Origin: Lentimicrobiaceae bacterium
GTDB taxonomy: Bacteria; Bacteroidota; Bacteroidia; Bacteroidales; Lentimicrobiaceae
Direction: 5' to 3'
DNA length: 64,000 bases
NCBI GenBank assembly: GCA_020636745.1
Contig: JACJXH010000006.1
Coordinates: 132,555-196,554, forward strand
Part shown: piece after piece, positions 9,863-19,022 of the stretch
Layout of the letters: each line of letters begins with the position of its first letter
Numbering within the stretch: the first letter of the stretch is position 1
The notes under the pieces: generated by a model
The model's database searches: none
What the model was told of the DNA's origin: nothing
The model's input: only the letters and a program-made list of their open reading frames with translations
Made by a program: the position numbers and the translations under genes

Positions 9863-10062
9863 CTCGGGTTGAAAATTAAGCTTCAAAGGTAATAAATTGA
9901 TGTAAGGAGCTGAAGTCTTCGTTTTTGTTCTGAAAGAACAGGTGTTGCCATTATCCTGAAAAGTACCGGTAAGATAGCCGGTACTTTCAGGGTAATTGTG
10001 TGGTAATGCCATGTTATTCAGAGCGATTGACATTTTTACTGTATTTTTTTGTGTTTATATGA

Positions 10063-10395
10063 CTATTTGGAAATGTTGAAGCTCGAGATAGGTTCATTGT
10101 CTTTTTCAACGCAAACCTTGTATTTCCCTTCAGGAAGTTCATTCATATGAAAGCGGATGTACCTGGTTTTTTGCTTCTTAACTCTGGTGGTCATCAAAGG
10201 TGTTCCTGATTCACTGTAAATTCTTATTTTTAACAAGTCGTCAGATATTTTGGCGACATAAACGTCTACACTCTCTGGGTTAGTCTGAAAAATCTGAACT
10301 TTGGTTGCGGAGGCGGTTTTGGTTCCATCGGTTGCTGCAGAAAGGCTGAGCGACATCATCAGGGCAATGGCTGTTGAAAGAATTAAAGTTTTCAT
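10063..10395 (-). CDS. Small secreted beta-sandwich protein resembling a stand-alone T9SS-CTD/DUF3244-like fold
   Basis: Signal peptide MKTLILSTAIALMMSLSLSA; KIRIYSESG and FHMNELPEGKYKVCV patterns. Confidence 0.65.
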   Translation of the reverse strand: MKTLILSTAIALMMSLSLSAATDGTKTASATKVQIFQTNPESVDVYVAKISDDLLKIRIYSESGTPLMTTRVKKQKTRYIRFHMNELPEGKYKVCVEKDNEPISSFNISK

Positions 10396-10442
10396 GGCTT
10401 TGGGTTTTAAGTTTGTTTATCAGTTATTTACTGTTGATGAAA

Positions 10443-10533
10443 CAAAGATATATCGCCATGAAGGTCAGCGAAACGCATTTCATGCGAACCGACATTCAAC
10501 GTGTGTGAATTGATTGAATAAACAGGTGAAGTG
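10443..10533 (-). promoter_or_regulatory. -7 promoter element plus three 21-bp-phased 9-mers (candidate LytTR binding sites)
   Basis: TATCTTTG on the minus strand at 10443-10450. Minus-strand 9-mers CGGTTCGCA (10483-10491), CAATTCACA (10504-10512) and CACTTCACC (10525-10533). Confidence 0.6.
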
Positions 10534-10605
10534 TTGAGCAGATTTTGGTATTTGCCTGAATTACAGCTCTTGTGAATTCAGGTAAAGCAAAATTAAGGAA
10601 TGAAT

Positions 10606-11607
10606 CTAATAATTATTCAGGGTTTCATTCATGACATCAGTAAACAGCTGCTTCAGGCTAATGCCCACGCTGGCGGCCTGCCGGGGAACGATACTTGCCT
10701 CGGAAAGGCCAGGTATTGTATTGACTTCCAGAAAATAAAATTGCTGACCTCCCGGAAATGTTTCAGGGGTTAAAATATAGTCAATTCTTACAATTCCCTT
10801 GCAGTTCAGCTTTCGGTAAAGCATGGCAGAAATTTCACGGCATTGGATGGCCAGTTTTTCATCAATGGGTGCTGGCGAAATTTCATCAGCCATTCCATCA
10901 GTATATTTTGCTTCATAGTCAAACCACTCCTTATGACTTACAACCAAAGTAAGCGGTAATATATTCAGCTTGCCATCTTTTTCATAAATGCCACAGGTAA
11001 TTTCGGCTCCCGGAATAAATTCCTGAACGAGTGTTTCATCGTCAACTTCAAAAGATTTTGAAATAGCCGCCTGTAACTCACCGGCTTCTTTTACCTTTGA
11101 AATGCCAATGCTTGACCCATTACTGTTGGGCTTTACAAAGCATGGAAGTCCTGTGTATTTTAGTATTTCGTCCTCGTTTATCCGGTCGCGGCGATGCAGA
11201 TAAAAGGTTTTTGCCACATTTATACCTAAGTTACTTACAAAGCCGTTGCAGAAAAACTTATTGAACGTAAGTGATGAAGTTACTCTGCCGCAAGTATTAT
11301 AGGGTACATGCATCATATCAAGATAGCCCTGTAGCTTGCCGTCTTCTCCCGGTGTGCCATGAATACCAATGAAAGCAGCATCAAAATGAATTACAGCGTC
11401 TGGCAACCGAAGCGAGAAATCATTCAAATCGATATTATATTCCTTGCCCTGTTCAGTTGTATAAACCCATCTATCCCTGTTTATTGTAATCTGATAGGTG
11501 TTGAACAATTCATTATCCAGTTGGCTTGCTATTACTTTTCCGCTTTTTACAGAAATGTCAAATTCTTCAGAATAGCCTCCGGTAAGCAGTGCAATGTTTT
11601 TTTTCAT
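10606..11607 (-). CDS. ddl: D-alanine--D-alanine ligase
   Basis: GGYSEEFDISVKSG, IHGTPGEDGKLQG, FVKPNSNGSSIGISKV and LEVNTIPG; start taken at MKKNIALL (11607). Confidence 0.95.
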   Translation of the reverse strand: MKKNIALLTGGYSEEFDISVKSGKVIASQLDNELFNTYQITINRDRWVYTTEQGKEYNIDLNDFSLRLPDAVIHFDAAFIGIHGTPGEDGKLQGYLDMMHVPYNTCGRVTSSLTFNKFFCNGFVSNLGINVAKTFYLHRRDRINEDEILKYTGLPCFVKPNSNGSSIGISKVKEAGELQAAISKSFEVDDETLVQEFIPGAEITCGIYEKDGKLNILPLTLVVSHKEWFDYEAKYTDGMADEISPAPIDEKLAIQCREISAMLYRKLNCKGIVRIDYILTPETFPGGQQFYFLEVNTIPGLSEASIVPRQAASVGISLKQLFTDVMNETLNNY

Positions 11608-11650
11608 AATTGTTTTATGCAAGAAGTTGAATCTCTTTGGTTGCAGAATG

Positions 11651-11703
11651 CAAAATTATCATATTCCGGCTTTTCTTAAGCCCGCCAATTATTTATATCT
11701 TTG
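11651..11703. promoter_or_regulatory. Divergent -7 promoter elements for ddl (minus) and the PASTA operon (plus)
   Basis: CAAAATTA (TAATTTTG on the minus strand) at 11651-11658 and TATCTTTG at 11696-11703. Confidence 0.55.
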
Positions 11704-11797
11704 CTCGCTGCGCAATAAATTGCAGCGGGCAAAGTTAATTAACCTATCCGGCTGGTGTATTTCTTTTAAAAGATTTTTTCGGCTAAATGGCAACTTC

Positions 11798-12631
11798 ATG
11801 AATTTTTTCGAATTTATACAAACACGCGTTTTTCTAAAGCACTTCATCTTAACGGTGGCGCTAACTCTGTTAATCATTATTTTGGTGTTGGGTGCACTGA
11901 AATGGTATACACATCACGGAGAATCAGTTCAGGTGCCTGCTCTTGTGGGATTGACGCCTGAGCAGATTTCGCAACTCGAAACCATCAGTAACTTTGAGGT
12001 CATTGTTGTCGATTCTGTTTTTGATTCAAGGCAACCTAAGGGTACCGTTATTATTCAGGACCCGCAGCCGGGATCTAATGTTAAACGCATGCGCAAGATT
12101 TACCTTACTACAGTGGCTGTATTGCCTGAACAGGTGAATATGCCTAATCTGGTGGATCTGACTTTAAGGCAGGCCAGTGCGACATTGGAAACTTATGGTT
12201 TAAAACTTGGGAATATCAGCTATGTTCCCGATATTGCTGAAAATGCGGTATTGGCACAGTTATACAGAAATCAGAATATTGAACCGGGAACGGGTATTCT
12301 TAAAGGTTCTGTTATTTCGTTAAAAGTCGGACAGAGCATGGGAAATGGCCGCTACCAGATTCCGTTTCTGATCGGAAAAACCCGTGATGAGGCTAGGAAA
12401 ATTCTTGAGCGAAATTATTTAAGTGTGGGGGAGGAAACTTTTGAAGATGATGCCGAGCCGGCAACTGCCAGAGTTTATTCGCAAAGCCCGTCTTTTGTGC
12501 GTGGTATGATGCTTAATGCCGGCCAGCAGGTAAGTCTGGTGTTTCGCGACCCTGTTATCTTTGATTTTGATACTTACCTCGAAAATATGGGCGCAGATAC
12601 ACTGGGAACTGTTAGTGATTCTGTATATTAA
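11798..12631 (+). CDS. PASTA-domain protein (N-terminal TM + three PASTA repeats, no kinase)
   Basis: YTHHGESVQVPALVG, QDPQPGSNVKRMRKIYL, MPNLVDLTLRQA and IPFLIGKTRDEA; start taken at MNFFEF (11798). Confidence 0.9.
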   Translation: MNFFEFIQTRVFLKHFILTVALTLLIIILVLGALKWYTHHGESVQVPALVGLTPEQISQLETISNFEVIVVDSVFDSRQPKGTVIIQDPQPGSNVKRMRKIYLTTVAVLPEQVNMPNLVDLTLRQASATLETYGLKLGNISYVPDIAENAVLAQLYRNQNIEPGTGILKGSVISLKVGQSMGNGRYQIPFLIGKTRDEARKILERNYLSVGEETFEDDAEPATARVYSQSPSFVRGMMLNAGQQVSLVFRDPVIFDFDTYLENMGADTLGTVSDSVY

Positions 12632-12670
12632 TTGAGAGCGTTGATTTGCTGTTTTTGAACCAAGAATTAT

Positions 12671-14686
12671 ATGATGAGAAGTAAAATGAAGCACATTTTT
12701 TATTTTGTCATTTTAACAATATTTTGTCGTGGCATTGTAAATGGTCAGGAAGTTATCACTGGAATAGTCGTAAATCCTATGGTTGCTGAAAAAGCCAAAC
12801 AACAAAAGGCTTCGGTTGAGTTAAATACTCCGCTTTTGATGCCTTTTTTTGACGATTTTTCTGGTGCAACTGTTTTTCCGGATCCTGCACGCTGGATAGA
12901 TCAGGATGCCTTTATCAGCGATGATTATGCTGTTTACCCTCCTACAGTGGGTGTCGCAACACTTGATGCTATTAACCATCTGGGAAGATTACATGACAAC
13001 GCCAGCCCTTTTGCTTTTATGGCCGATTATTTGACCTCACAACCAATCAGGCTCGATTCGGTGTTCTCTCCTGTGCCCAGGGCTATTACACGTGCTGATT
13101 CTGTTTATTTTAGTTTTTATTATCAGCCACAGGGTAATGGTAATGCTCCAGCCCGCGCCGATTCTTTGGTCCTCGAATTTTTAGCCCCGGGCGAAACGCA
13201 AACCCTGATTTTTCCTGTTGATACGGTTATTAATGGCGTTGATACTATTGTAAATGATACTGTTATTATCGAAGGCTGGCGTAAAGCCTGGAGCTCTCCG
13301 GGGCAAAGCCTGAGTAGTTTCTATAATGAAGATAGTACCTGGTTCAGGCAGGTGATTATTCCTGTTAGTGATAGTGCTATGTTTTACACTTCAGGATTTC
13401 AGTTCAGATTTCGGAATTATGCCAGCCTTGCCAGCTCCATATTGCCCGATTGGCAAAGCAATGGTGACCAGTGGAATATTGATTATGTGTATTTGAACAT
13501 TGGACGTAGCCTGGCTGATACCCTTCACCGGGATATTGCTTTTGCAGCTAAAGCTCCAAGGATGTTAAAGAATTATACCTCAATGCCTTATAATCAATAT
13601 CGGTTTAATTTTATCAATGAAATGGTGGATAGTATTCATTTAAGAATTACCAATCTTAATAATATTAACTACAATGCATCTTACCGTTTCGAGGTAACCC
13701 GCGAAAACAACGAACCTGTATTTAACTATAATGGAGGAAATTATTTTATCGCACCTTTTTCTACCGACGGTTACACATCGCATCAGCCATTTGCACATCC
13801 GCCTGTTAATTTTTTATTTCCCATAGGTACTCAGGAGAAGGTGTATTTTACAACAACACATATTCTTAATACTGAAGCTAATCTTAGCCGCAGACAAAAT
13901 GATACAATCAGGAATGTTCAGCTGTTTTCAAACTATCTTTCTTACGATGACGGTACGGCAGAAGCAGGCTATGGTCTTACCCCTCAGGGTGCGCAGCTTG
14001 CATATCGCTTCAAATTAAATGGCCCCGATTCACTTGTTGCTTTGCAGATGTACTTTAATAAAACTCTCAAAGGTGGAAATGTTAAAAGTTTTTACCTGAA
14101 TGTGTGGAACGACTTTTTTGGAGAACCCGGAGAGCTCATCTATTCTAAGTTTGGGTACGAACCTTCTTATGAAGATAGCCTTAATATGTTTTTTACCTAT
14201 AAACTTGATAGTGTCATAAAAATTCAGGCAGGTCAGTTTCCTAACCTTACTTTTTATGTGGGTTGGGAACAAACCACTGATGATAACCTGAATATAGGCT
14301 ACGATAAAAATAATGATGCATCAGCCGATATATTTTATAAAACCTTCGGAGGATGGAGCCAGAGCCTGTATAAAGGTGCTTTAATGATACGTCCTGTTTT
14401 GGGTAAAGAAAAAGTTGTTGGCATTAGTGAAAATGATTTTGAAAAATCATTGAATGTATATCCAAATCCCAGCCATAATGGTTATGTAGTTTTACAACTT
14501 CCGGCAGGAGAAAAGGTAACGGATTTAAGAACTACAGTTTATAATTCAACAGGTAGTCTGGTTGTGGATAAAGTATTCAATCGTCAGGAAGATTTTAGCC
14601 ATCTGTCATCAGGCTTGTATGTAATTCAGGTGTTGAATGCTGATGGCGCATTGGTTGGAAGAAGTAAATTGCTGATCAATCGCTAA
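12671..14686 (+). CDS. T9SS type A sorting-domain protein of unknown function
   Basis: Signal peptide; LMPFFDDFS, GVATLDA, DQWNIDY and YLSYDDGTAEAGYG; CTD LNVYPNPSHNG...LSSGLYVIQV. Confidence 0.8.
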   Translation: MMRSKMKHIFYFVILTIFCRGIVNGQEVITGIVVNPMVAEKAKQQKASVELNTPLLMPFFDDFSGATVFPDPARWIDQDAFISDDYAVYPPTVGVATLDAINHLGRLHDNASPFAFMADYLTSQPIRLDSVFSPVPRAITRADSVYFSFYYQPQGNGNAPARADSLVLEFLAPGETQTLIFPVDTVINGVDTIVNDTVIIEGWRKAWSSPGQSLSSFYNEDSTWFRQVIIPVSDSAMFYTSGFQFRFRNYASLASSILPDWQSNGDQWNIDYVYLNIGRSLADTLHRDIAFAAKAPRMLKNYTSMPYNQYRFNFINEMVDSIHLRITNLNNINYNASYRFEVTRENNEPVFNYNGGNYFIAPFSTDGYTSHQPFAHPPVNFLFPIGTQEKVYFTTTHILNTEANLSRRQNDTIRNVQLFSNYLSYDDGTAEAGYGLTPQGAQLAYRFKLNGPDSLVALQMYFNKTLKGGNVKSFYLNVWNDFFGEPGELIYSKFGYEPSYEDSLNMFFTYKLDSVIKIQAGQFPNLTFYVGWEQTTDDNLNIGYDKNNDASADIFYKTFGGWSQSLYKGALMIRPVLGKEKVVGISENDFEKSLNVYPNPSHNGYVVLQLPAGEKVTDLRTTVYNSTGSLVVDKVFNRQEDFSHLSSGLYVIQVLNADGALVGRSKLLINR

Positions 14687-14697
14687 GAATTCATTTT

Positions 14698-15765
14698 ATG
14701 GTTGATGAGCTGAATTACATGGAAGAAGAACATGATTCACCTGAGTTTGTTGATGATGAAAGTGTTGAAAATGAGCTGTATGAGCATCATCGTATTGTAG
14801 CTGATCGCAAACAGGGCCTCATCAGAATTGATAAATTTCTGATGACCAGAATTGAAAATGCTTCGCGTAACAAAATACAGCAAGCCGCTAAAGCTGGTAA
14901 TATTCTTGTAAATGGCGAGGCTGTTAAGCAAAATTACAGAATAAAACCACTTGATGTTATTTCAGTGGTGATGGCGCATCCTCCGCGAGAAACTGAGGTT
15001 TTGCCTGAAAATATTCCGCTCAATATAGTTTATGAAGATGATTACTTATTGGTAATCAATAAAGAAGCCGGTATGGTTGTACATCCCGGGTATGCTAATT
15101 TTGAAGGGACAATGCTTAATGCTTTGGTGTGGCATCTGAGAAATCAGCCAGGCGCATCGCCGGATGCCATGCCGTTATTGGTGCATCGAATTGATAAAGA
15201 TACCTCTGGCATCATCCTGGTGGCTAAAACGGAAGAAGCACAGTCGAAACTGGCCAAGAATTTTTTCGATCACACTATCCGTCGCACTTATCAGGCTTTA
15301 GTCTGGGGAACTCCTAAAGAACATGAAGGAACCATTACAGGCCATGTTGGACGCAATTTGACCAATCGTTTGATAATGGCTGTATTTCCTGACGGAGAAC
15401 ATGGTAAACACGCCGTTACCCATTACAGAATATTGCGTAGCTTTGATTATGTAAGTCTGGTTGAATGCCGCCTTGAAACTGGCCGCACTCATCAGATTCG
15501 TGCCCACATGAAATATATAGGCCATCCGCTGTTTAGTGATGAAAGGTATGGAGGTAGTAAAATTCTGAAAGGAACTACCAGCGGATCGTATAGGAAATTT
15601 GTTGAAAATTGTTTTGAAATGCTGCCAAGACAGGCTCTTCACGCAAAGTCTTTAGGATTTGTTCACCCTGTTACGGGATTGCAAATGCAGTTTGACTCAG
15701 ATCTGCCAGCTGATATGGCTTCGGTGATTGAAAAGTGGGAAAAGTATATTTCTGCGCGAAGCTGA
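14698..15765 (+). CDS. rluD: RluA-family 23S rRNA pseudouridine synthase (RluD-like, with S4 domain)
   Basis: RIDKFL S4 start; LVINKEAGMVVHPG; catalytic LVHRIDKDTSG; LETGRTHQIRAH; RQALHA. Confidence 0.9.
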   Translation: MVDELNYMEEEHDSPEFVDDESVENELYEHHRIVADRKQGLIRIDKFLMTRIENASRNKIQQAAKAGNILVNGEAVKQNYRIKPLDVISVVMAHPPRETEVLPENIPLNIVYEDDYLLVINKEAGMVVHPGYANFEGTMLNALVWHLRNQPGASPDAMPLLVHRIDKDTSGIILVAKTEEAQSKLAKNFFDHTIRRTYQALVWGTPKEHEGTITGHVGRNLTNRLIMAVFPDGEHGKHAVTHYRILRSFDYVSLVECRLETGRTHQIRAHMKYIGHPLFSDERYGGSKILKGTTSGSYRKFVENCFEMLPRQALHAKSLGFVHPVTGLQMQFDSDLPADMASVIEKWEKYISARS

Positions 15766-15827
15766 TTCAAGTGGATTGATATTAATTTTTCCACCCCATT
15801 TTTAACAACTTAGAATGATGTTAGTTT

Positions 15828-15863
15828 AACAAAAACGCCTGCTGAGAAGCAGGCGTTTTTGTT
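15828..15863. terminator. Bidirectional terminator between rluD and gcvP
   Basis: Perfect 16-bp inverted repeat AACAAAAACGCCTGCT-gaga-AGCAGGCGTTTTTGTT. Confidence 0.85.
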
Positions 15864-15891
15864 GATAACATGAACTTTGTCAGGTTTTTCG

Positions 15892-18780
15892 TTATTGCTC
15901 ATAAGCAGAAACAGGAGCGCAGGTACATACCAGATTTCTGTCGCCATAAGCATCATCAATTCTTGTAACTGAAGGCCAATATTTGTCCGTTTTATCGCAG
16001 GCGACCGGGAAAGCTGCTTTTTCGCGGCTGTATGGCAGGGCCCAGTTATCATCAGCAACCATACATAAAGTATGTGGCGCTTTTTTAATCACATTCACCT
16101 GTCTGTCAGCTTTACCTTCAATTATTTCATTGATTTCCTGACGGATACCAATCATAGCATCAACAAAACGATTGAGTTCTTCAAGTGGTTCACTTTCAGT
16201 TGGTTCAACCATAAGAGTGCCATGTACAGGGAATGCAACAGTGGGAGCATGGAACCCATAATCCATCAATCGTTTGGCAAGGTCAATTACCTGTAGGTCG
16301 GCTGTGCGGCTGAATTCGTTGCAGTCGAGAATCATTTCGTGGGCAACTCTTCCATTTTTACCGGTATATAAAATTTTATAATGCCCTTCGAGTTTGGTTT
16401 TCAGGTAGTTGGCGTTAAGTATGGCCAACTTGGTGGCTTCTGTAAGTCCGGCACCTCCAAGCAATTTAATGTATCCATAAGAAATTGTAAGAATAGATGC
16501 ACTTCCAAAAGGAGCTGCAGCCACAGCAGTAATGGCCGTGTCACCTCCGGTTTTTACAAATTTATGACCTGGCAGGAATGGTTTAAGATGCTTGGCTACG
16601 CCAATGGGGCCAACTCCGGGGCCGCCACCGCCATGGGGAATAGCAAAAGTCTTGTGCAGGTTAAGATGGCAAACATCTGCCCCAATATAGCCCGGACTGG
16701 TTAAGCCGACCTGAGCATTCATGTTGGCTCCGTCCATGTAAACCTGGCCTCCATTGTCGTGAATAATCTTGACAGCTTCAAGAATTCCTTCTTCAAAAAC
16801 ACCGTGTGTTGAAGGATAGGTTATCATACAGGCGGCAAGAGTATCTTTATATTTTTCTGCTTTTTCCTTGAGGTCAATCAGATTGATATTACCCATTTCG
16901 TCGGTTTTCACCACGACCACTGTCATGCCTGCCATGGCTGCACTTGCCGGGTTGGTGCCGTGAGCTGATGCAGGAATAATACATACGTTGCGGCCTGCTT
17001 CGCCACGGCTGTGGTGGTAGGCTCTGATGACAAGAAGTCCTGCATATTCGCCTGAAGCACCTGAGTTTGGCTGAAAAGACATGCCTGCAAACCCTGTAAT
17101 TTCGCACAATGCTTTTTCGAGATTCCGAATCATCAGGTGATATCCTTCAACTTGTTCTTCAGGAACAAACGGGTGTAAGGCATTAAACTCGGGCCAGCTG
17201 AGTGAAAACAATTCGGCTGCAGCGTTAAGCTTCATTGTACAGGAGCCCAGTGGTATCATGGAACGGTTAAGTGATAAATCTTTGCCCTCTAATTTTTTCA
17301 GAAAACGCATCATACCCGTTTCAGAATGATAGCTGTTAAAAACAGTGTCTTGTAAGAAGGCAGATGTGCGTCTGAATTGATCCGGTATGGTTTTAATCTG
17401 GCAGCAGTCTTCCGGAATGCAAACATAATCTTTAAACTCTTTACGGGCGGCAGATGCAAAAATATTGACAAGTGTATTTACATCTTCCAGATTAGTGGTT
17501 TCATCCAGACTAATGCCAATTACGCGTTCGCTGATGTATCTGAAATTAATTTCATTTTCGAGGGCCAGCTTCCGAAGTTCGGCCATACGAACTGTTTCAG
17601 GAACCTGAATGCGAACTGTATCGAAGTAAGTTTCATTCAATTGCGTATACCCATATTTTAAAACTTCAGTAGCAAGCACTCCTGTCAGAATATTGATGCG
17701 ATCAGCAATTTGATGCAAGCCCTCAGGGCCATGATAAACGCCGTACATTCCACTCATGATTGCCAGTAAGGCCTGTGCTGTACAAATGTTTGAAGTAGCC
17801 CGTTCGCGTTTGATGTGCTGCTCGCGGGTTTGAAGTGCCATGCGCAGCGCCCTGTTGCCCTGAGCGTCAACCGATACGCCTATGATTCGCCCCGGCATAT
17901 TGCGTTTGTATTCTTCCCTGGTGGCAAAGTAGCCTGCATGAGGTCCGCCAAAGCCCATAGGGAGGCCAAAGCGCTGATTAGTTCCAACCACAACATCTGC
18001 GTCCCATTCGCCCGGAGGAGTGAGTAAAACCAGGCTCATTAAATCGGCCGCAACGGCCACCATTACTCCTTTATTATGAGCTGCATTTACAAAATCGCGG
18101 TAATCATATATTTGTCCTTGCTCATCAGGATATTGAATGATTGCTCCAAACCAGCTGTTGTCAAATTCAATGGTTTGCCAGTCGCCGGTTTCAACTTTTA
18201 TTCCAAGAGGCTCTGCTCTGGTAATGAGTACATCAATTGTCTGAGGAAATAATTTGTCAGAAATAAAGAAACGGTTTGCACCTGCTTTTACAGCTTCTCT
18301 TGAGCGGGAATTGAAAAGCATGATCATGGCTTCGGCAGCCGAAGTTCCTTCGTCAAGCAATGATGCATTGGCAAGAGGCATGCCGGTCAAATCACTAATC
18401 ATCGTCTGGTAAATCAGCAGGGCTTCAAGTCTTCCCTGCGATATTTCAGCCTGATAAGGGGTGTAGGCTGTGTACCAGCCCGGATTTTCAAGTATATTGC
18501 GCTGTATAACTCCGGGAGTTATGCTGTTGTAATAACCCAACCCGATATACGTTTTGAATAATTTATTTTTTGAACCTAATTGCTTCAGGTGTGTCAGATA
18601 TTCATGCTCGTTCATGGCATCAGGAAGGTTGAGTGCTTTGGGTAACCTGATGGATGCAGGAACAGTTTCATCAATTAATGCGTCGAGGCTCTGGGCGCCA
18701 ATTGTTTTAAGCATGTCACCAACCTCATTTTTTCTGGGGCCGTTGTGACGGTTGATAAAGTTATTTGTTAGTTTCGACAT
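15892..18780 (-). CDS. gcvP: Glycine dehydrogenase (decarboxylating), glycine cleavage P protein, single-chain form
   Basis: WYTAYTPYQAEISQGRLE, ATSNICTAQALLA, MIPLGSCTMKLN and PLP site HLNLHKTFAIPHGGGGPG; 962 aa. Confidence 0.97.
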   Translation of the reverse strand: MSKLTNNFINRHNGPRKNEVGDMLKTIGAQSLDALIDETVPASIRLPKALNLPDAMNEHEYLTHLKQLGSKNKLFKTYIGLGYYNSITPGVIQRNILENPGWYTAYTPYQAEISQGRLEALLIYQTMISDLTGMPLANASLLDEGTSAAEAMIMLFNSRSREAVKAGANRFFISDKLFPQTIDVLITRAEPLGIKVETGDWQTIEFDNSWFGAIIQYPDEQGQIYDYRDFVNAAHNKGVMVAVAADLMSLVLLTPPGEWDADVVVGTNQRFGLPMGFGGPHAGYFATREEYKRNMPGRIIGVSVDAQGNRALRMALQTREQHIKRERATSNICTAQALLAIMSGMYGVYHGPEGLHQIADRINILTGVLATEVLKYGYTQLNETYFDTVRIQVPETVRMAELRKLALENEINFRYISERVIGISLDETTNLEDVNTLVNIFASAARKEFKDYVCIPEDCCQIKTIPDQFRRTSAFLQDTVFNSYHSETGMMRFLKKLEGKDLSLNRSMIPLGSCTMKLNAAAELFSLSWPEFNALHPFVPEEQVEGYHLMIRNLEKALCEITGFAGMSFQPNSGASGEYAGLLVIRAYHHSRGEAGRNVCIIPASAHGTNPASAAMAGMTVVVVKTDEMGNINLIDLKEKAEKYKDTLAACMITYPSTHGVFEEGILEAVKIIHDNGGQVYMDGANMNAQVGLTSPGYIGADVCHLNLHKTFAIPHGGGGPGVGPIGVAKHLKPFLPGHKFVKTGGDTAITAVAAAPFGSASILTISYGYIKLLGGAGLTEATKLAILNANYLKTKLEGHYKILYTGKNGRVAHEMILDCNEFSRTADLQVIDLAKRLMDYGFHAPTVAFPVHGTLMVEPTESEPLEELNRFVDAMIGIRQEINEIIEGKADRQVNVIKKAPHTLCMVADDNWALPYSREKAAFPVACDKTDKYWPSVTRIDDAYGDRNLVCTCAPVSAYEQ

Positions 18781-18968
18781 GGATGAAAGATATTATTGGT
18801 GGTGTTAAATTGCAGTTGAATTTCGTGGCAAAGATAAAGATTATCAAATACCTGCTGAAATTTCGATGGGATTCTTTATTGTATGTATAGTATTGTTAAT
18901 TAGAGATATACAGTATTTTGAATATTTCATTTTTAAGAATCAGGATTTGTGTTTAAGGGATTTTATAA

Positions 18969-19004
18969 AAAAAATGGCTACCCTTTAAGTGATAGCCATT
19001 TTTT
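18969..19004 (-). terminator. Intrinsic terminator downstream of hppA
   Basis: AAAAAATGGCTA...TAGCCATTTTTT inverted repeat. Confidence 0.75.
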
Positions 19005-19022
19005 ACAGTAAATCAAATCCGT

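Noticed and set aside
9863-10033. 57-aa N-terminal extension of the LytS kinase shown in the ORF track
   Set aside because: It runs across a strong DNA hairpin and looks non-protein-like; the TM region begins right after ATG 9862.
18781-18960. Glycine riboswitch upstream of gcvP
   Set aside because: No GGAGA/CAGG/CTCAGG aptamer cores, and a TATCTTTG -7 box (minus strand, ~18829-18836) leaves only a short leader.
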